A DNA stretch of 64,000 nucleotides, taken from NCBI GenBank assembly GCA_963827275.1, contig CAWHAA010000001.1, positions 1 through 64,000 of the forward strand, read 5' to 3'. Below, one piece after another: positions 40,365 through 50,277 of the stretch; position 1 is the stretch's first letter, and each line of letters opens with the position of its first letter. The notes below the pieces were generated by a model. The model saw only the letters and a program-made list of their open reading frames with translations. It did not search any database and was not told the origin of the DNA. Made by a program: the position numbers and the translations under genes. Origin of the DNA: an uncultured Spirochaetota bacterium (GTDB lineage: Bacteria > Spirochaetota > UBA4802 > UBA5550).

Positions 40365-41318
40365 TCAGATAGTTATCTCCATCCCCTCGCAGGCGATGTC
40401 CACGCGGAGCGCCCCCCGTTTCGGGTTCATGCTCTGGTAGGTCCGCGCGTTGAAAAGCATGTTTTCCAGCTTGTCATCGTCGTAGTTCGGCTCGTGGTGG
40501 AACAGAATGAGGCGCTTGACGTTGAAAAGGCTCGCGATATCTATTGCGATCGCCGACGATGAATGGCCGAAGTCAAACTTGCTGATGGCCTCGTCGAAGG
40601 TGTACTGCGTGTCGAATATGACCACGTCCGCGTCGGAGAAGAAGCCGCGGTAGTTCTCGATATTGTCGATCTCGTTGATATTGAATTCGCAGTCGCTGGT
40701 GTAGACCAGCACCCCGCCGTTGTCCTCGATACGGAAGCCGTAAGCCCCGCCCGGGTGCGGCATCAGCTTGTTCACCACCTTCGTGTCATTGAGGTGGAGA
40801 TCCTCCTCGACCTCCAGCGTAAAAAATTCTTTTGTCGCCTGGAGAAAATCGAAGGTGACCGGGAAATGCGAAAAAACCTGCTGGTGGTCAAGGCGCTTTT
40901 TCAAGTCGGGAAACACCGAATAAAAGTTAAAGCGGTTGCCCTTTATATAGAGCGGCACAAAAAAGGGTATGCCCTGGATATGGTCCCAGTGGGTATGCGA
41001 CAGGAGCATGGTGGCAACCCCCTTCCCCCGGCTGAAATCGCCCTTCATCAGCTCGGTACCGAGGGCCTTGAGCCCGCTTCCGCAATCTATGATGATGGTA
41101 TCGCCCCCGACGGTCGTCACCTGGATCGTGGTGGTGTTGCCGCCGAAGGTGCTGCGGATTGAATACGGGAGCGACCGGATGAAGGATTCGATGGCCTCAC
41201 CGGAAGATATATCGCCCGGCCTGGCAAGCGACAGGGCCTTCCGGATCTTGTTTTCGATATGTTCCCCTGTCAGAGGTGTCGGCAGGGACCCTCTAACACC
41301 CCACAACTTGACCTGCAT
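40365..41318 (-). CDS. MBL-fold metallo-hydrolase (phosphodiesterase-like)
   Basis: WGVRGSLPTP, GGNTT, LSHTHWDHIQGIPFF, HPGG, GHSS, LFHHEP. Confidence 0.88.
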   Translation of the reverse strand: MQVKLWGVRGSLPTPLTGEHIENKIRKALSLARPGDISSGEAIESFIRSLPYSIRSTFGGNTTTIQVTTVGGDTIIIDCGSGLKALGTELMKGDFSRGKGVATMLLSHTHWDHIQGIPFFVPLYIKGNRFNFYSVFPDLKKRLDHQQVFSHFPVTFDFLQATKEFFTLEVEEDLHLNDTKVVNKLMPHPGGAYGFRIEDNGGVLVYTSDCEFNINEIDNIENYRGFFSDADVVIFDTQYTFDEAISKFDFGHSSSAIAIDIASLFNVKRLILFHHEPNYDDDKLENMLFNARTYQSMNPKRGALRVDIACEGMEITI

Positions 41319-41671
41319 AGTGATTCTCTTTTGTATTTAATGGAAATCTATCAGCGTGCTATCATCACTATACCATCCATGGTCATTTAGTCAATAGAAA
41401 TATCGAAATCATCGATCATGAGGGAGCACGAATTACCTTGTTCTTTGCGATTCATTTCACGACCCCTCTGTCCCCCGCTGAGGACGTAATGGACGTTGTT
41501 CTACCTGAAATGTTTCACGCCCGCCTGTACCCGCCCGGGACAAGGAACGTCTGCAATATCTTGAGGCCATGAATATTTATACGCATCGCTTAATTAAAAA
41601 ACTTGACACTCCAATACCATCTTTTATCTGATGAGAGATTGCATTAAAGGTACGCAGACCAGGAAGGTTAC

Positions 41672-42883
41672 ATGAAATTTTCAGAGAGGATCCTTCAAGT
41701 CAAGCCGTCGCCCACCCTCGAGGTAACGGCCCTGGCAAACGCACTTAAGGCGAAAGGCATAGACGTGATCGGGTTCGGCACCGGGGAACCGGATTTCGAC
41801 ACCCCGGACCACATCAAGCAGGCCGCCATCCGCGCGATAGAGGCCGGAAAGACAAAATACACCCCTTCGGGCGGCATACCGGAGCTGAAGAAAGCCGTCA
41901 TAGAGAAATTCAAGCGGGACAACAACCTCGATTACAAACCGTCGGAGGTCATAATAAATTCCGGCGGCAAACATTCATTCTACAACCTGATGCAGGTCCT
42001 CCTGAACCGGGGCGACGAGGTGATCATTCCCTCGCCCTACTGGGTATCCTACCCGCCCATGACGCTGCTCGCGGACGGAGTCCCGGTCATCGTGGACACC
42101 ACGGAAGACGCCGGTTTCAAAATGACGCCCGTCCAGCTTGATGGGGCGATCACGGGAAAAACCAGGGCAGTGGTCATAAACTCGCCCTCCAACCCGACGG
42201 GCTCTGCGTATACGAAAAAGGAGATCGGCGCGCTGGCGGAAGTCATCGGCGACCGCGACATCATCCTCATATCCGACGACATGTACGAATCCATACTCTA
42301 CGACGGGTTTGAATTTTTCAATATAGCCCAGGTGTCAGAGAAGATGAAGAAAAAAAGCGTGGTCATGAACGGCGTATCAAAGGCCTATTCCATGACCGGC
42401 TGGCGGATCGGCTATATGGCCGGCGACGCGGAGATCATCGCCCAGGTGGACACGCTGCAGAGCCAGTCAACGTCAAACCCGACATCAATATCCCAGTGGG
42501 CGGCGGTTGAGGCCCTGAACGGCGGCCAGGGCACGGTGAAAGAGATGGTCGGCGCCTTTGACCGTCGGCGCAAAATAATTGTAAAGGGACTGAACGACAT
42601 CCCCGGGTTCACCTGCCTGAGCCCGAACGGCGCGTTCTACGCGTTCCCCGGGGTCGAGGGAGTGTACGCAATGAAGGGGTGGCAGGGCATCGTAGAGAAA
42701 TACAAAAGCGGGAACAACTCGTCCCGTCTGAGCTCCTATCTCCTCGAAGAGGCCCGGGTCGCCGTCGTGCCGGGAATTGCATTCGGATCGGACCGGCATA
42801 TACGCCTCTCCTTCGCGACATCAGACAAAAACATCATAGAGGGAGTGAAACGCATCGACGAGGCGATTCGGAGGCTTGCGTAG
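41672..42883 (+). CDS. aspC: Aspartate aminotransferase (class I/II PLP-dependent)
   Basis: GEPDFDTP, PYWVSY, NSPSNPTG, SDDMY, SKAYSMTGWRIG, PNGAFY. Confidence 0.9.
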   Translation: MKFSERILQVKPSPTLEVTALANALKAKGIDVIGFGTGEPDFDTPDHIKQAAIRAIEAGKTKYTPSGGIPELKKAVIEKFKRDNNLDYKPSEVIINSGGKHSFYNLMQVLLNRGDEVIIPSPYWVSYPPMTLLADGVPVIVDTTEDAGFKMTPVQLDGAITGKTRAVVINSPSNPTGSAYTKKEIGALAEVIGDRDIILISDDMYESILYDGFEFFNIAQVSEKMKKKSVVMNGVSKAYSMTGWRIGYMAGDAEIIAQVDTLQSQSTSNPTSISQWAAVEALNGGQGTVKEMVGAFDRRRKIIVKGLNDIPGFTCLSPNGAFYAFPGVEGVYAMKGWQGIVEKYKSGNNSSRLSSYLLEEARVAVVPGIAFGSDRHIRLSFATSDKNIIEGVKRIDEAIRRLA

Positions 42884-42894
42884 GGGGTGCGGGG

Positions 42895-43314
42895 CTACCC
42901 CACGGTATTGTAAAAAAGACCTTCACCGTTCTGGATATTATTGATCAGGTCATTGAACTCGCGGTGAGTGATGTTATTCTTTTTCACCTCGAGGATGTTC
43001 CCGTTTCCGTCCAGCAGCACCAGGTTGACAAAGATCTCCTCGAACTCACGGTATATGTAAAACCGGTAGGGTGAATTTTTTTTCTCCAGCTCCCTGTTCG
43101 CCAGGTCGGCGGCATTTTTCAGGCTCTCAAAATGCGCGGCTGCCTCATCGTCCCGCTTCCCCTTCTGTTCATGCCCATGCTCATGTTTTTTCACGTCAGG
43201 CTCGATCACGGGGTCACGGGAGCCGATCATGTCCGTACGGTTGATTTTTTCAAGATTGGAGGCCATCGCTTTGTCAACTACTCCAACTTTTTCAAAGTAG
43301 GGGTACAGATCCAT
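42895..43314 (-). CDS. Hypothetical protein, FlaG-like
   Basis: Disordered N-half, then LANRELEKKNSPYRFYIYRE..IFVNLVLLD, and C-terminal GLFYNTVG reminiscent of FlaG; sigma28-like -10 upstream. Confidence 0.5.
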   Translation of the reverse strand: MDLYPYFEKVGVVDKAMASNLEKINRTDMIGSRDPVIEPDVKKHEHGHEQKGKRDDEAAAHFESLKNAADLANRELEKKNSPYRFYIYREFEEIFVNLVLLDGNGNILEVKKNNITHREFNDLINNIQNGEGLFYNTVG

Positions 43315-43348
43315 CTTGCCACCTGCCGTTGAGTATTTGTCACCTGTA

Positions 43349-43376
43349 GTATCGGCAGATTGAGAGTGTTTTATTA
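43349..43376 (-). promoter_or_regulatory. Candidate sigma28 (FliA) promoter
   Basis: Minus strand TAATAAAA...GCCGATAC; -10 fits GCCGATAA, spacing to TAAA is imperfect. Confidence 0.45.
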
Positions 43377-43446
43377 GGATTAAGTTAGCAGGTTGCGTGG
43401 ATATATATATTATTGTTAAAAGTGTCAGTTTTTATCGATGGAATTG

Positions 43447-43588
43447 TACTCTGACCCCGCATTGCACCGATAGTTATCGGTAGCCCGGTTACTCTGACCC
43501 CGTATTGCACCGATAGTTATCGGTAGCTCGGTTACTCTGACCCCATATTGCACCGATAGTTATCGGTAGCCCGGTTTACTCTGACCCC
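43447..43588. repeat. Tandem repeat, 43-bp unit x about 3.3, with internal palindrome
   Basis: TACTCTGACCCC(GC/GT/AT)ATTGCACCGATAGTTATCGGTAGC(C/T)CGGT at 43447, 43490 and 43533; partial copy at 43577. Confidence 0.95.
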
Positions 43589-43599
43589 GGGTTGACCTC

Positions 43600-44589
43600 T
43601 TATTTTATATCATTCACCGAAATCGTTCCCGGGTACCGGGCCCCCACCTGGGCCACCACCTTCGAAGAAACATAGCTGCCTATTCTCCCCGCCCGCTCAG
43701 GGCTGAAGCCGTTCGCGATGCCATAGAGTACGCCGGCCGCGTACATGTCGCCCGCCCCGTTGGTATTGACCACATTGGTCCTGAATACCGGGATCTGGTA
43801 CATCAGGCCGCCGCTTTTAATCAGGCTCCCTTCGGCCCCGAGCTTGACGACTGCGATATCGGACATTTCGGATATATGATGAAGGGCATGCTCCTTTTCC
43901 TTGCCGGTGAACGCCCTGGCCTCGTCTTCATTGACGAAAATAATGTTCGCATACTCGCGGACCACCCTCTCGAAGGTGGGATGGATCCTCTGGATCAGGC
44001 CCGGGTCCGACAGGTCCAGCGATATGATGACATGGTGCTTTTTAGCAAGCTCAAGCGCGTGCATGCACGCGTCGAGAAGGCCCGGGGGCTCGAACAGGTA
44101 GCCTTCCAGGTGAATTATTTTAGCGTTCCGGATATGCTCTTCCCGGACATCGTTTCTGTTCAGCATGAGCGCGGCGCCCAGATGGGTCGCAAAGGTCCGC
44201 TCGGAATCGGGAGTGATGAAGGTGATCGCGTGGCCGGTCATGCTGTCATGCCTGCCGATATCCGATGTTACGCCGGACCGCTCTGTTTCCGCAATGTACC
44301 GGTCGCCATGCTGATCTCTCCCCACCTTCCCGAGGAAGATGCCTTTTCCTCCCAGCATGGAGACCCCCGCCAGGGTATTGGCGGAGCTGCCGCCGGGGGT
44401 GATCTCCATCGCCCTGCCGGTCAGGCGCGACAGTATCTCGCGGCTCCGTTCAGCGTCTATGAGCGCCATCCCCCCCTTGCTGAGCCCTAACTCTTTCAGG
44501 TCAGCGTCATCAACCATCACGGTAAAATCCAGCAGGGCCGAACCGATACCCATCACGTCATATTCGGCATTCTTATTCAGTATTTCCAT
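43600..44589 (-). CDS. PfkB-family carbohydrate/adenosine kinase
   Basis: GIGSALLD, PGGSSANT, GKVGRD..G, FVNEDEA, VNTNGAGDMYAAG. Confidence 0.92.
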   Translation of the reverse strand: MEILNKNAEYDVMGIGSALLDFTVMVDDADLKELGLSKGGMALIDAERSREILSRLTGRAMEITPGGSSANTLAGVSMLGGKGIFLGKVGRDQHGDRYIAETERSGVTSDIGRHDSMTGHAITFITPDSERTFATHLGAALMLNRNDVREEHIRNAKIIHLEGYLFEPPGLLDACMHALELAKKHHVIISLDLSDPGLIQRIHPTFERVVREYANIIFVNEDEARAFTGKEKEHALHHISEMSDIAVVKLGAEGSLIKSGGLMYQIPVFRTNVVNTNGAGDMYAAGVLYGIANGFSPERAGRIGSYVSSKVVAQVGARYPGTISVNDIK

Positions 44590-44642
44590 TACTCTCTTCT
44601 CCGGAGATTCCTCACCCGCTTCGGGCAAGGATCATGATCTGG

Positions 44643-45107
44643 TCATCTGGTCTCTGTCGCTGTTCCGGGCACCGCGTCAACCGGTTCGCTCCCGGTCCCG
44701 GCCTCCCGCTCCGGCCGGATCCCTGTATCCGCGTCAGTCTTCGGCCCGGTCCTGACCATTTTTTTCAGGCCCTTCTTCCTGATCATATAATGCAGGACAG
44801 CGTGATCGGCCGCATACTCAATCTTTTCTGTTTTCCCGTCCCTGTCCGGGGCCACCGACTCGTTAAACACCTGCCCGATAAAATAATACGCGCTGAGCAG
44901 GGCGGCGCGCTTCGAAGACTCGGCCCGCTGCAATCCCTCAAGGCCCTCGAGCGGGAATCCGCGGCATATGATCCTGTAGGAGTTGTCGTCCACGAAGCCC
45001 TGGCTGACAAGGACTTCCTTCGAGCCGGGGCCCTTGACCGATTGCTCATCACAGCCGTTCAGCACGATCAACAGAAATAACATGGCTATACGGGCGTTGT
45101 TTTTCAT
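44643..45107 (-). CDS. Hypothetical lipoprotein
   Basis: MKNNARIAMLFLLIVLNG-C lipobox; AGGAG RBS. Confidence 0.7.
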   Translation of the reverse strand: MKNNARIAMLFLLIVLNGCDEQSVKGPGSKEVLVSQGFVDDNSYRIICRGFPLEGLEGLQRAESSKRAALLSAYYFIGQVFNESVAPDRDGKTEKIEYAADHAVLHYMIRKKGLKKMVRTGPKTDADTGIRPEREAGTGSEPVDAVPGTATETR

Positions 45108-45315
45108 GATACGGCTCCTGTTGTTATATCAGGGGACAATCATATCCAGATTGCATCGTAACGGGGACAGCGACAGTGACCGGTAATCATGCTATAAAAT
45201 ACGCGGTCTCCAGTCAAGTACTTGGGAAAAAATGGATTGATAATTTTCCCGGTTTTTTCAGGATACCCCTTGAAGCCGGTGCGGAACGCCGCGCCCGGCA
45301 AAAGGAGGCCAGACC

Positions 45316-45999
45316 ATAAAAGCCGTATTGTTCGATATCGACGGCACCCTGCTGAAGTGCTTCGGCGCAGGCAAGAAGGCCCTCATCCAGGCCTGCCAGG
45401 AGGTCTTCGGCACCGTCGGAAAAATGCACTACGTTGACTTCCAGGGGAAGACCGACCCCCTTATCCTGAGGGAATCACTGGGCATCATGGGGTTCGGCGA
45501 CGAGGAGATCGAGCGCAACACCGGGGCGCTCAAAGCGCGCTACTTCCACTACCTCGCGCTCCACATGGGCGACAGCTCTTCCATGCTCATGCCGGGGGTC
45601 TTCGAGCTGTTGGAGGCACTCTCGCGCGCCGAGTCGGTGCTGCTCGGCCTCCTCACCGGCAACTTCAGGGAGAGCGCGCGGATCAAGCTCGGCCATTTCG
45701 GCCTGAACCGGTTCTTTCCCTTCGGAGTGTTCGGCGATGACGCGGCATTCCGCAATGACATGCCCGCGATCGCGAAAAAAATCATCATGGACGACTTCGG
45801 GGTGGATATGCCGTTCAGCGACATCGTCATCATCGGGGACACGGTGTACGATATCGAGTGCGCGAAAAAATCAGGCGCGGTCTCGGTCGCCGTCGGCACG
45901 GGCTGGGCCGAGAAGGAGAACCTGCTTGCCCGCGGCCCTGACTATTTCTTCGATGACCTGGGCAATCCGGGCCCGGTCATGGACGCGATCCTCGGCTGA
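45316..45999 (+). CDS. HAD-family hydrolase (phosphoglycolate phosphatase-like)
   Basis: LFDIDGTL, GKTD, LLTGN, IIGDTVYDIECA; start uncertain (ATA 45316 or TTG 45328). Confidence 0.88.
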   Translation: MKAVLFDIDGTLLKCFGAGKKALIQACQEVFGTVGKMHYVDFQGKTDPLILRESLGIMGFGDEEIERNTGALKARYFHYLALHMGDSSSMLMPGVFELLEALSRAESVLLGLLTGNFRESARIKLGHFGLNRFFPFGVFGDDAAFRNDMPAIAKKIIMDDFGVDMPFSDIVIIGDTVYDIECAKKSGAVSVAVGTGWAEKENLLARGPDYFFDDLGNPGPVMDAILG

Positions 46000-47548
46000 A
46001 CCGCCTCAACGCAGCGAATTTTTCAAATATATACGCCGTCTCCGGCGACTTCATCGCGCGGCACGCGGCAACATACGCCGCCGCGCCGGAAAAAACAATC
46101 AGCAGGAGATACGCGAGCCGCCATGCGAGGGGACCGCTGTTCCAGTCGGTCACGCCAGCCATGAGCCACACCACCACTCCCATGATGCCCGCTGCCGCTG
46201 ACTGCCTTACGGCTGACAGCGCGATCGCTTTCATGCCGATGGCGTCGATTGTCCTTCCGAGCAGGACCAGCAGTATCACCGCCTGCACTGCAGATGCGAC
46301 TGTCACCGCAAGGGTGAGCCCGGCGTGCCGTAGCGGGGTCTGCATCAGCGCCAGACCGCAGGCGACGGTGACGGCGAACGAGGCCAGGGCTGCGTAGAAC
46401 GGGGCCCGGGGCATGCCCAGGGCGAAAAAGACCGGAACGGTGCTCCTGGTAACGGCGATAGCGGCAATCCCCGGGGCGGCCCAGAAAAGCGCGCGGTATG
46501 TCATCAGGGCCTCGTGCGAGGTAAACCTGTTGTGCATGAACAGCACTGAAACGACGGGATAGCCGACAACCATCAGGCCGACGGTCGCGGGGATCGCCAT
46601 GAACAGGGCCATCCGCACCGACCGGGAGTAGAGCTCCACGAGCCGCGCGTGGTCCTTCCGCGCCGCCGCTTTCGACATTTCGGGATAGACCACGCTGCCG
46701 ATCGCCATCACGGTGACACCGAGCACCAGCTCGTGGAGGCGGTCTGAAAAATATATGTAGGAAACGCTCCCGGGCGCAAGGAACGAACCAAGCAGCGCCG
46801 CGACGAGAATATTTATCTGCTGCCCCCCCATGGCCGGTATGCCGAGGAGGCCGATTCGCACGATTTTTCTGAGCCCGGGATGGTCCATGTTGAGTGTAAG
46901 CCTGAACCTGAACCCGGTGCGCGCCATGTAGGGGATTTGAAGAAGCACCTGGAGGAGTCCGCCCAGCACCACGCCGGCTGAAACGCCGTAGAGCGGCTCG
47001 TCGCACAGCCGGCCCAGGAAAAGGATGCCGGTGATGATCCCCGCATTCAGCAGCACCGGCGCGAATGCGGGTGCAAAAAACCGCTTGTGCGAATTGAGAA
47101 CGCCCGAGCAGAAGGCCAGGATCCCGGATGTCACCAGGAATGGCATCATGATCCTGAACATCACGGTGGTGTCCCGGATACGGGCGGGATCATCGAACCC
47201 CATCGCGATGACATGTACGATACCGGGCGCGAAGAGCGTCCCGAGGACGAACAGCCCAGCGAGGAGCGCCAGCAGCAGGCTGAGGGTCTTCCGGGCGATG
47301 TCGAGGGCGTCGCGGGGGTCCCCGCCGACGAGGTATTCGGTGTATACCGGGATGAATGATATCGTGAAAACGCCCTCGCCCACCAGCCGGCGCACCAGGT
47401 TCGGGATTCTGAACGCGATATAGAAGGCATCGGTCGCGCCCGTCGCGCTGAAAAACGCGGCCATGAGCACGTCACGAACAAGCCCGAGGAGCCTGCTCAG
47501 GAGGGTCGAGGCGGCAACAATTCCGGTGGATCGAAAAATTCCGCTCAT
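45977..47548 (-). CDS. murJ: Lipid II flippase MurJ (MviN)
   Basis: TLLSRLLGLVRD, DAFYIAFRIPNLVRRLVGEG, FIPVY, PAFAPVLLN. Confidence 0.95.
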   Translation of the reverse strand: MSGIFRSTGIVAASTLLSRLLGLVRDVLMAAFFSATGATDAFYIAFRIPNLVRRLVGEGVFTISFIPVYTEYLVGGDPRDALDIARKTLSLLLALLAGLFVLGTLFAPGIVHVIAMGFDDPARIRDTTVMFRIMMPFLVTSGILAFCSGVLNSHKRFFAPAFAPVLLNAGIITGILFLGRLCDEPLYGVSAGVVLGGLLQVLLQIPYMARTGFRFRLTLNMDHPGLRKIVRIGLLGIPAMGGQQINILVAALLGSFLAPGSVSYIYFSDRLHELVLGVTVMAIGSVVYPEMSKAAARKDHARLVELYSRSVRMALFMAIPATVGLMVVGYPVVSVLFMHNRFTSHEALMTYRALFWAAPGIAAIAVTRSTVPVFFALGMPRAPFYAALASFAVTVACGLALMQTPLRHAGLTLAVTVASAVQAVILLVLLGRTIDAIGMKAIALSAVRQSAAAGIMGVVVWLMAGVTDWNSGPLAWRLAYLLLIVFSGAAAYVAACRAMKSPETAYIFEKFAALRRFSRGSRP

Positions 47549-47771
47549 GGGACAACCATAGCCCGCGGCGCCGGGTTTATTCAAGCACATAATCAGCCAT
47601 GCCCTTAAATCTTCCCGCGCCCGCGCCCGGAACAAATATCTTGACATTTCTCTTACAATTTAAATGATATTCATAAACTATCGTGATATATTCCTGTCTA
47701 ATAAACGGCGGCACCGGCACAATTGGACCCCCCGGCACCGCCGGAAACAACAACATGTATGGTCGTATAAA

Positions 47772-49394
47772 ATGACAAATAAAACAATTTCCGCACTCTC
47801 GCTTATGATCGTGCTCATCTCTGCAGGCATGCTCCATGCCGGGAGCTATGAGGAGGGACGCCGGCACTACATCCGTAAAAATTACGTGAAGGCGAAGGAA
47901 TACTTCCTGAAGGCGGCTGATCCGGGAGGCAGCGGCGACGCGTATTACTTCCTGGGGGAGATCGAAAAGCAGAACAAAAACTACCGGGAAGCGGAGGAGT
48001 ACTATAAAACGGCGATCACCAAGAAAAACATCTCCCGTCAGTACCTGATCAATTCATACTGGAACGCCCTCCTCATGGCCGAGCAGAGGAACGATTACGA
48101 AAGCGCGGTTTCGATATGCCGCTCGATGTGGCTCAGGACCCGCGACGCCGCCGCCCGCCAGAAGATCGAGTCGCTCATCAACAAGTTCCTCTGGACCGAC
48201 AATAACGACGCCATTGAAAAATACAACGAGGGCATCGAGCTGAAAAAGAGCGGCAAGGGTGCGGAGGCCATGGACCGGTTCCGGAGCGCCGTGAGCATCG
48301 ACGGCTCCTTCCTGGCGCCCAAGTTCGAGCTCGGCATGAACGCCTACAACACCGGCGACCTGGACCGCGCGACCGGCTACCTCGGCGATATCGCCTCCCG
48401 GATACCCTTCTACGCCGAGGTGCAGATGGTCCTTGCCGACATACAGTTCGAGCGGCACAACTACCGGGAAGCCCTCGCACACTATGACAAGGTGATTGAA
48501 TTCGGATTCAACGAGAGCGCGGCCGAATACCGGATACGGATCAGGCGCGGGACCTGCTATTACAACATGGACGATTACGCGGGCGCGGAGCAGGAGATCG
48601 ACAAGGCCCTCAGGTACAGCCCGAAATCCGTCGAGGCCGCCCTCCTCATGTCGGCGATCAAGATCAAGCTTGAAAAGTACGATGACGCGCTCAAGACCCT
48701 CCAGCGTGCAGGCGCGTCCAACCCCGACAATCCGGAGATCCAGTACCAGATGGGCAGCGTGTATTACAGGCAAAACGACCCGCGGTACGTCGGCTGTTTT
48801 GAAAAGCTCTTCTCTCTCGCCGGGGGCAAGAAGGAATATCCCGCGAAATACCGTAAGGTCTTCACTATACTGGCCGCGCATGACTTCGACAGCGGGAATT
48901 ACCGCCGCTGCGTAACGATACTGAACACGTTCGATGAAAAATCGCAGACCTTCGACACCAGGCTCATGACCGCCCGGTCGTATTTTCATCTGAAAGAATA
49001 CGATGCGGCCATCGACCACTTTGAAAGGCTTTCGCTCGCGAATGACGACCGCTTCATGCTCTGCAAGGCCTATGCCCTGAGCGGCAGGAGGGAAAAGGCC
49101 AGGACCATCCTCTCGGAGCTCTCCGCGTCGGGCGACTACCTGTCGCGGGCGAAGAAGGACCCCGCTCTCTCCGGAATCGCGAAGGAACTGTATTCACCGG
49201 CGGCGCCGGAAACAATCGATCCGGAAAAGAAGGATCCCGCCGTTGACGCACCGGCGAAAAAAGAGACCGGCGAGAAAAAGCCCGACGAGCAGGTCGTAAA
49301 GAAAAAACCGCCGGTCAGGGACGCTGACGAGGATGATGAGGATGACGACGATGGGTCCGATGAGAGCGGCGACGACGACAGCGATGACGAATGA
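47772..49394 (+). CDS. Secreted tetratricopeptide-repeat protein with acidic tail
   Basis: Signal peptide, many TPR-like units (AYYFLGEI, AEEYYKTA), C-terminal D/E tract. Confidence 0.85.
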   Translation: MTNKTISALSLMIVLISAGMLHAGSYEEGRRHYIRKNYVKAKEYFLKAADPGGSGDAYYFLGEIEKQNKNYREAEEYYKTAITKKNISRQYLINSYWNALLMAEQRNDYESAVSICRSMWLRTRDAAARQKIESLINKFLWTDNNDAIEKYNEGIELKKSGKGAEAMDRFRSAVSIDGSFLAPKFELGMNAYNTGDLDRATGYLGDIASRIPFYAEVQMVLADIQFERHNYREALAHYDKVIEFGFNESAAEYRIRIRRGTCYYNMDDYAGAEQEIDKALRYSPKSVEAALLMSAIKIKLEKYDDALKTLQRAGASNPDNPEIQYQMGSVYYRQNDPRYVGCFEKLFSLAGGKKEYPAKYRKVFTILAAHDFDSGNYRRCVTILNTFDEKSQTFDTRLMTARSYFHLKEYDAAIDHFERLSLANDDRFMLCKAYALSGRREKARTILSELSASGDYLSRAKKDPALSGIAKELYSPAAPETIDPEKKDPAVDAPAKKETGEKKPDEQVVKKKPPVRDADEDDEDDDDGSDESGDDDSDDE

Positions 49395-50277
49395 TGCGCG
49401 CGGCCTGGTCCTGACCGTACTTATCTTCACGGTCGGTCTCTCGGCCCTGCTGTTCAATCTGCTGTCGGGCGTCCCCCTGCCTCTTCTCGTGCTTGCCCCG
49501 GCGGGCGCGGCGGCATATGCTGCGCTGGTGCGCCTCGGCGAGTACGACCCGCGCATCGCCTGCGACCACGTCCAGTCCGGCGAGGCCGGGATCGGCTCTT
49601 TTGCCCTGTTTGTCGCCTCGGCATTCCTTGCCTGGGGCCCCGCCCTTGCCGCCGCCACGTTCGCCGCACTTCTCGCCTACGTGTTGTTCATAAGCACCGT
49701 GATATCGCCGGACAGCAGGGAGATCGCCATCAACGGCGCCCTCACACAGGCGGTCCTCGCCGCGGCGGTCATCCTCATGCTCTCGGGAAGCGGCATCGCG
49801 GGCACGGCGGGACCGGACGCGATGCTTCTCGGCTATTTCGCCGTCAATCCGCCCCCCTGGGCCCTTGTCCCCGCCGCACTGGCGCCCGCGGCACTCACCC
49901 TGGTGCTGGCCTGGGCCCTGCGCCCGGAGCTCGGTTCCTGGTCACAGGGACCGTCCTTCTACAGCGGGTCGGACCTGTCGCGCAGGCTGATCGCTGCCGG
50001 CATGATGGTAACGCGAGCCCTCCTGACGACCACCGCCGTGCTCTTTGCCGGGTGGACCTGCGGGATCGGCATCAGCGTGCACCGTCTCGCGCGCGGCGCC
50101 TTCAGCAAGGCTATCACGATCGCGTCACTGCTGGCCTTCCAGCAGGCCGTCATCGCTATCGCCCGGCTGGCCGGCCCATGGTACGCGTGGGGATGCGCGC
50201 TCGCGGTATCGTACGCGCTGTACCTGTTCTACATCACCAAAAGGAACCACCTGTATGATAGACATCAAAAACCTTGA
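49384..50277 (+). CDS. Membrane protein, divergent FecCD/BtuC-like permease
   Basis: About 9 TMs; LLTTTAVLFAGWTCGIGISVHRLAR resembles the FecCD AVAxxGxIGFVGLxxPHxAR segment; overlaps both neighbours. Confidence 0.55.
   Translation: MTNDARGLVLTVLIFTVGLSALLFNLLSGVPLPLLVLAPAGAAAYAALVRLGEYDPRIACDHVQSGEAGIGSFALFVASAFLAWGPALAAATFAALLAYVLFISTVISPDSREIAINGALTQAVLAAAVILMLSGSGIAGTAGPDAMLLGYFAVNPPPWALVPAALAPAALTLVLAWALRPELGSWSQGPSFYSGSDLSRRLIAAGMMVTRALLTTTAVLFAGWTCGIGISVHRLARGAFSKAITIASLLAFQQAVIAIARLAGPWYAWGCALAVSYALYLFYITKRNHLYDRHQKP

Noticed and set aside
43447..43588. CRISPR array
   Set aside because: Units are contiguous and nearly identical with no unique spacers; no cas genes in the window
49322..49392. 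GAC/GAT-rich trinucleotide repeat
   Set aside because: Simply encodes the acidic tail of the TPR protein
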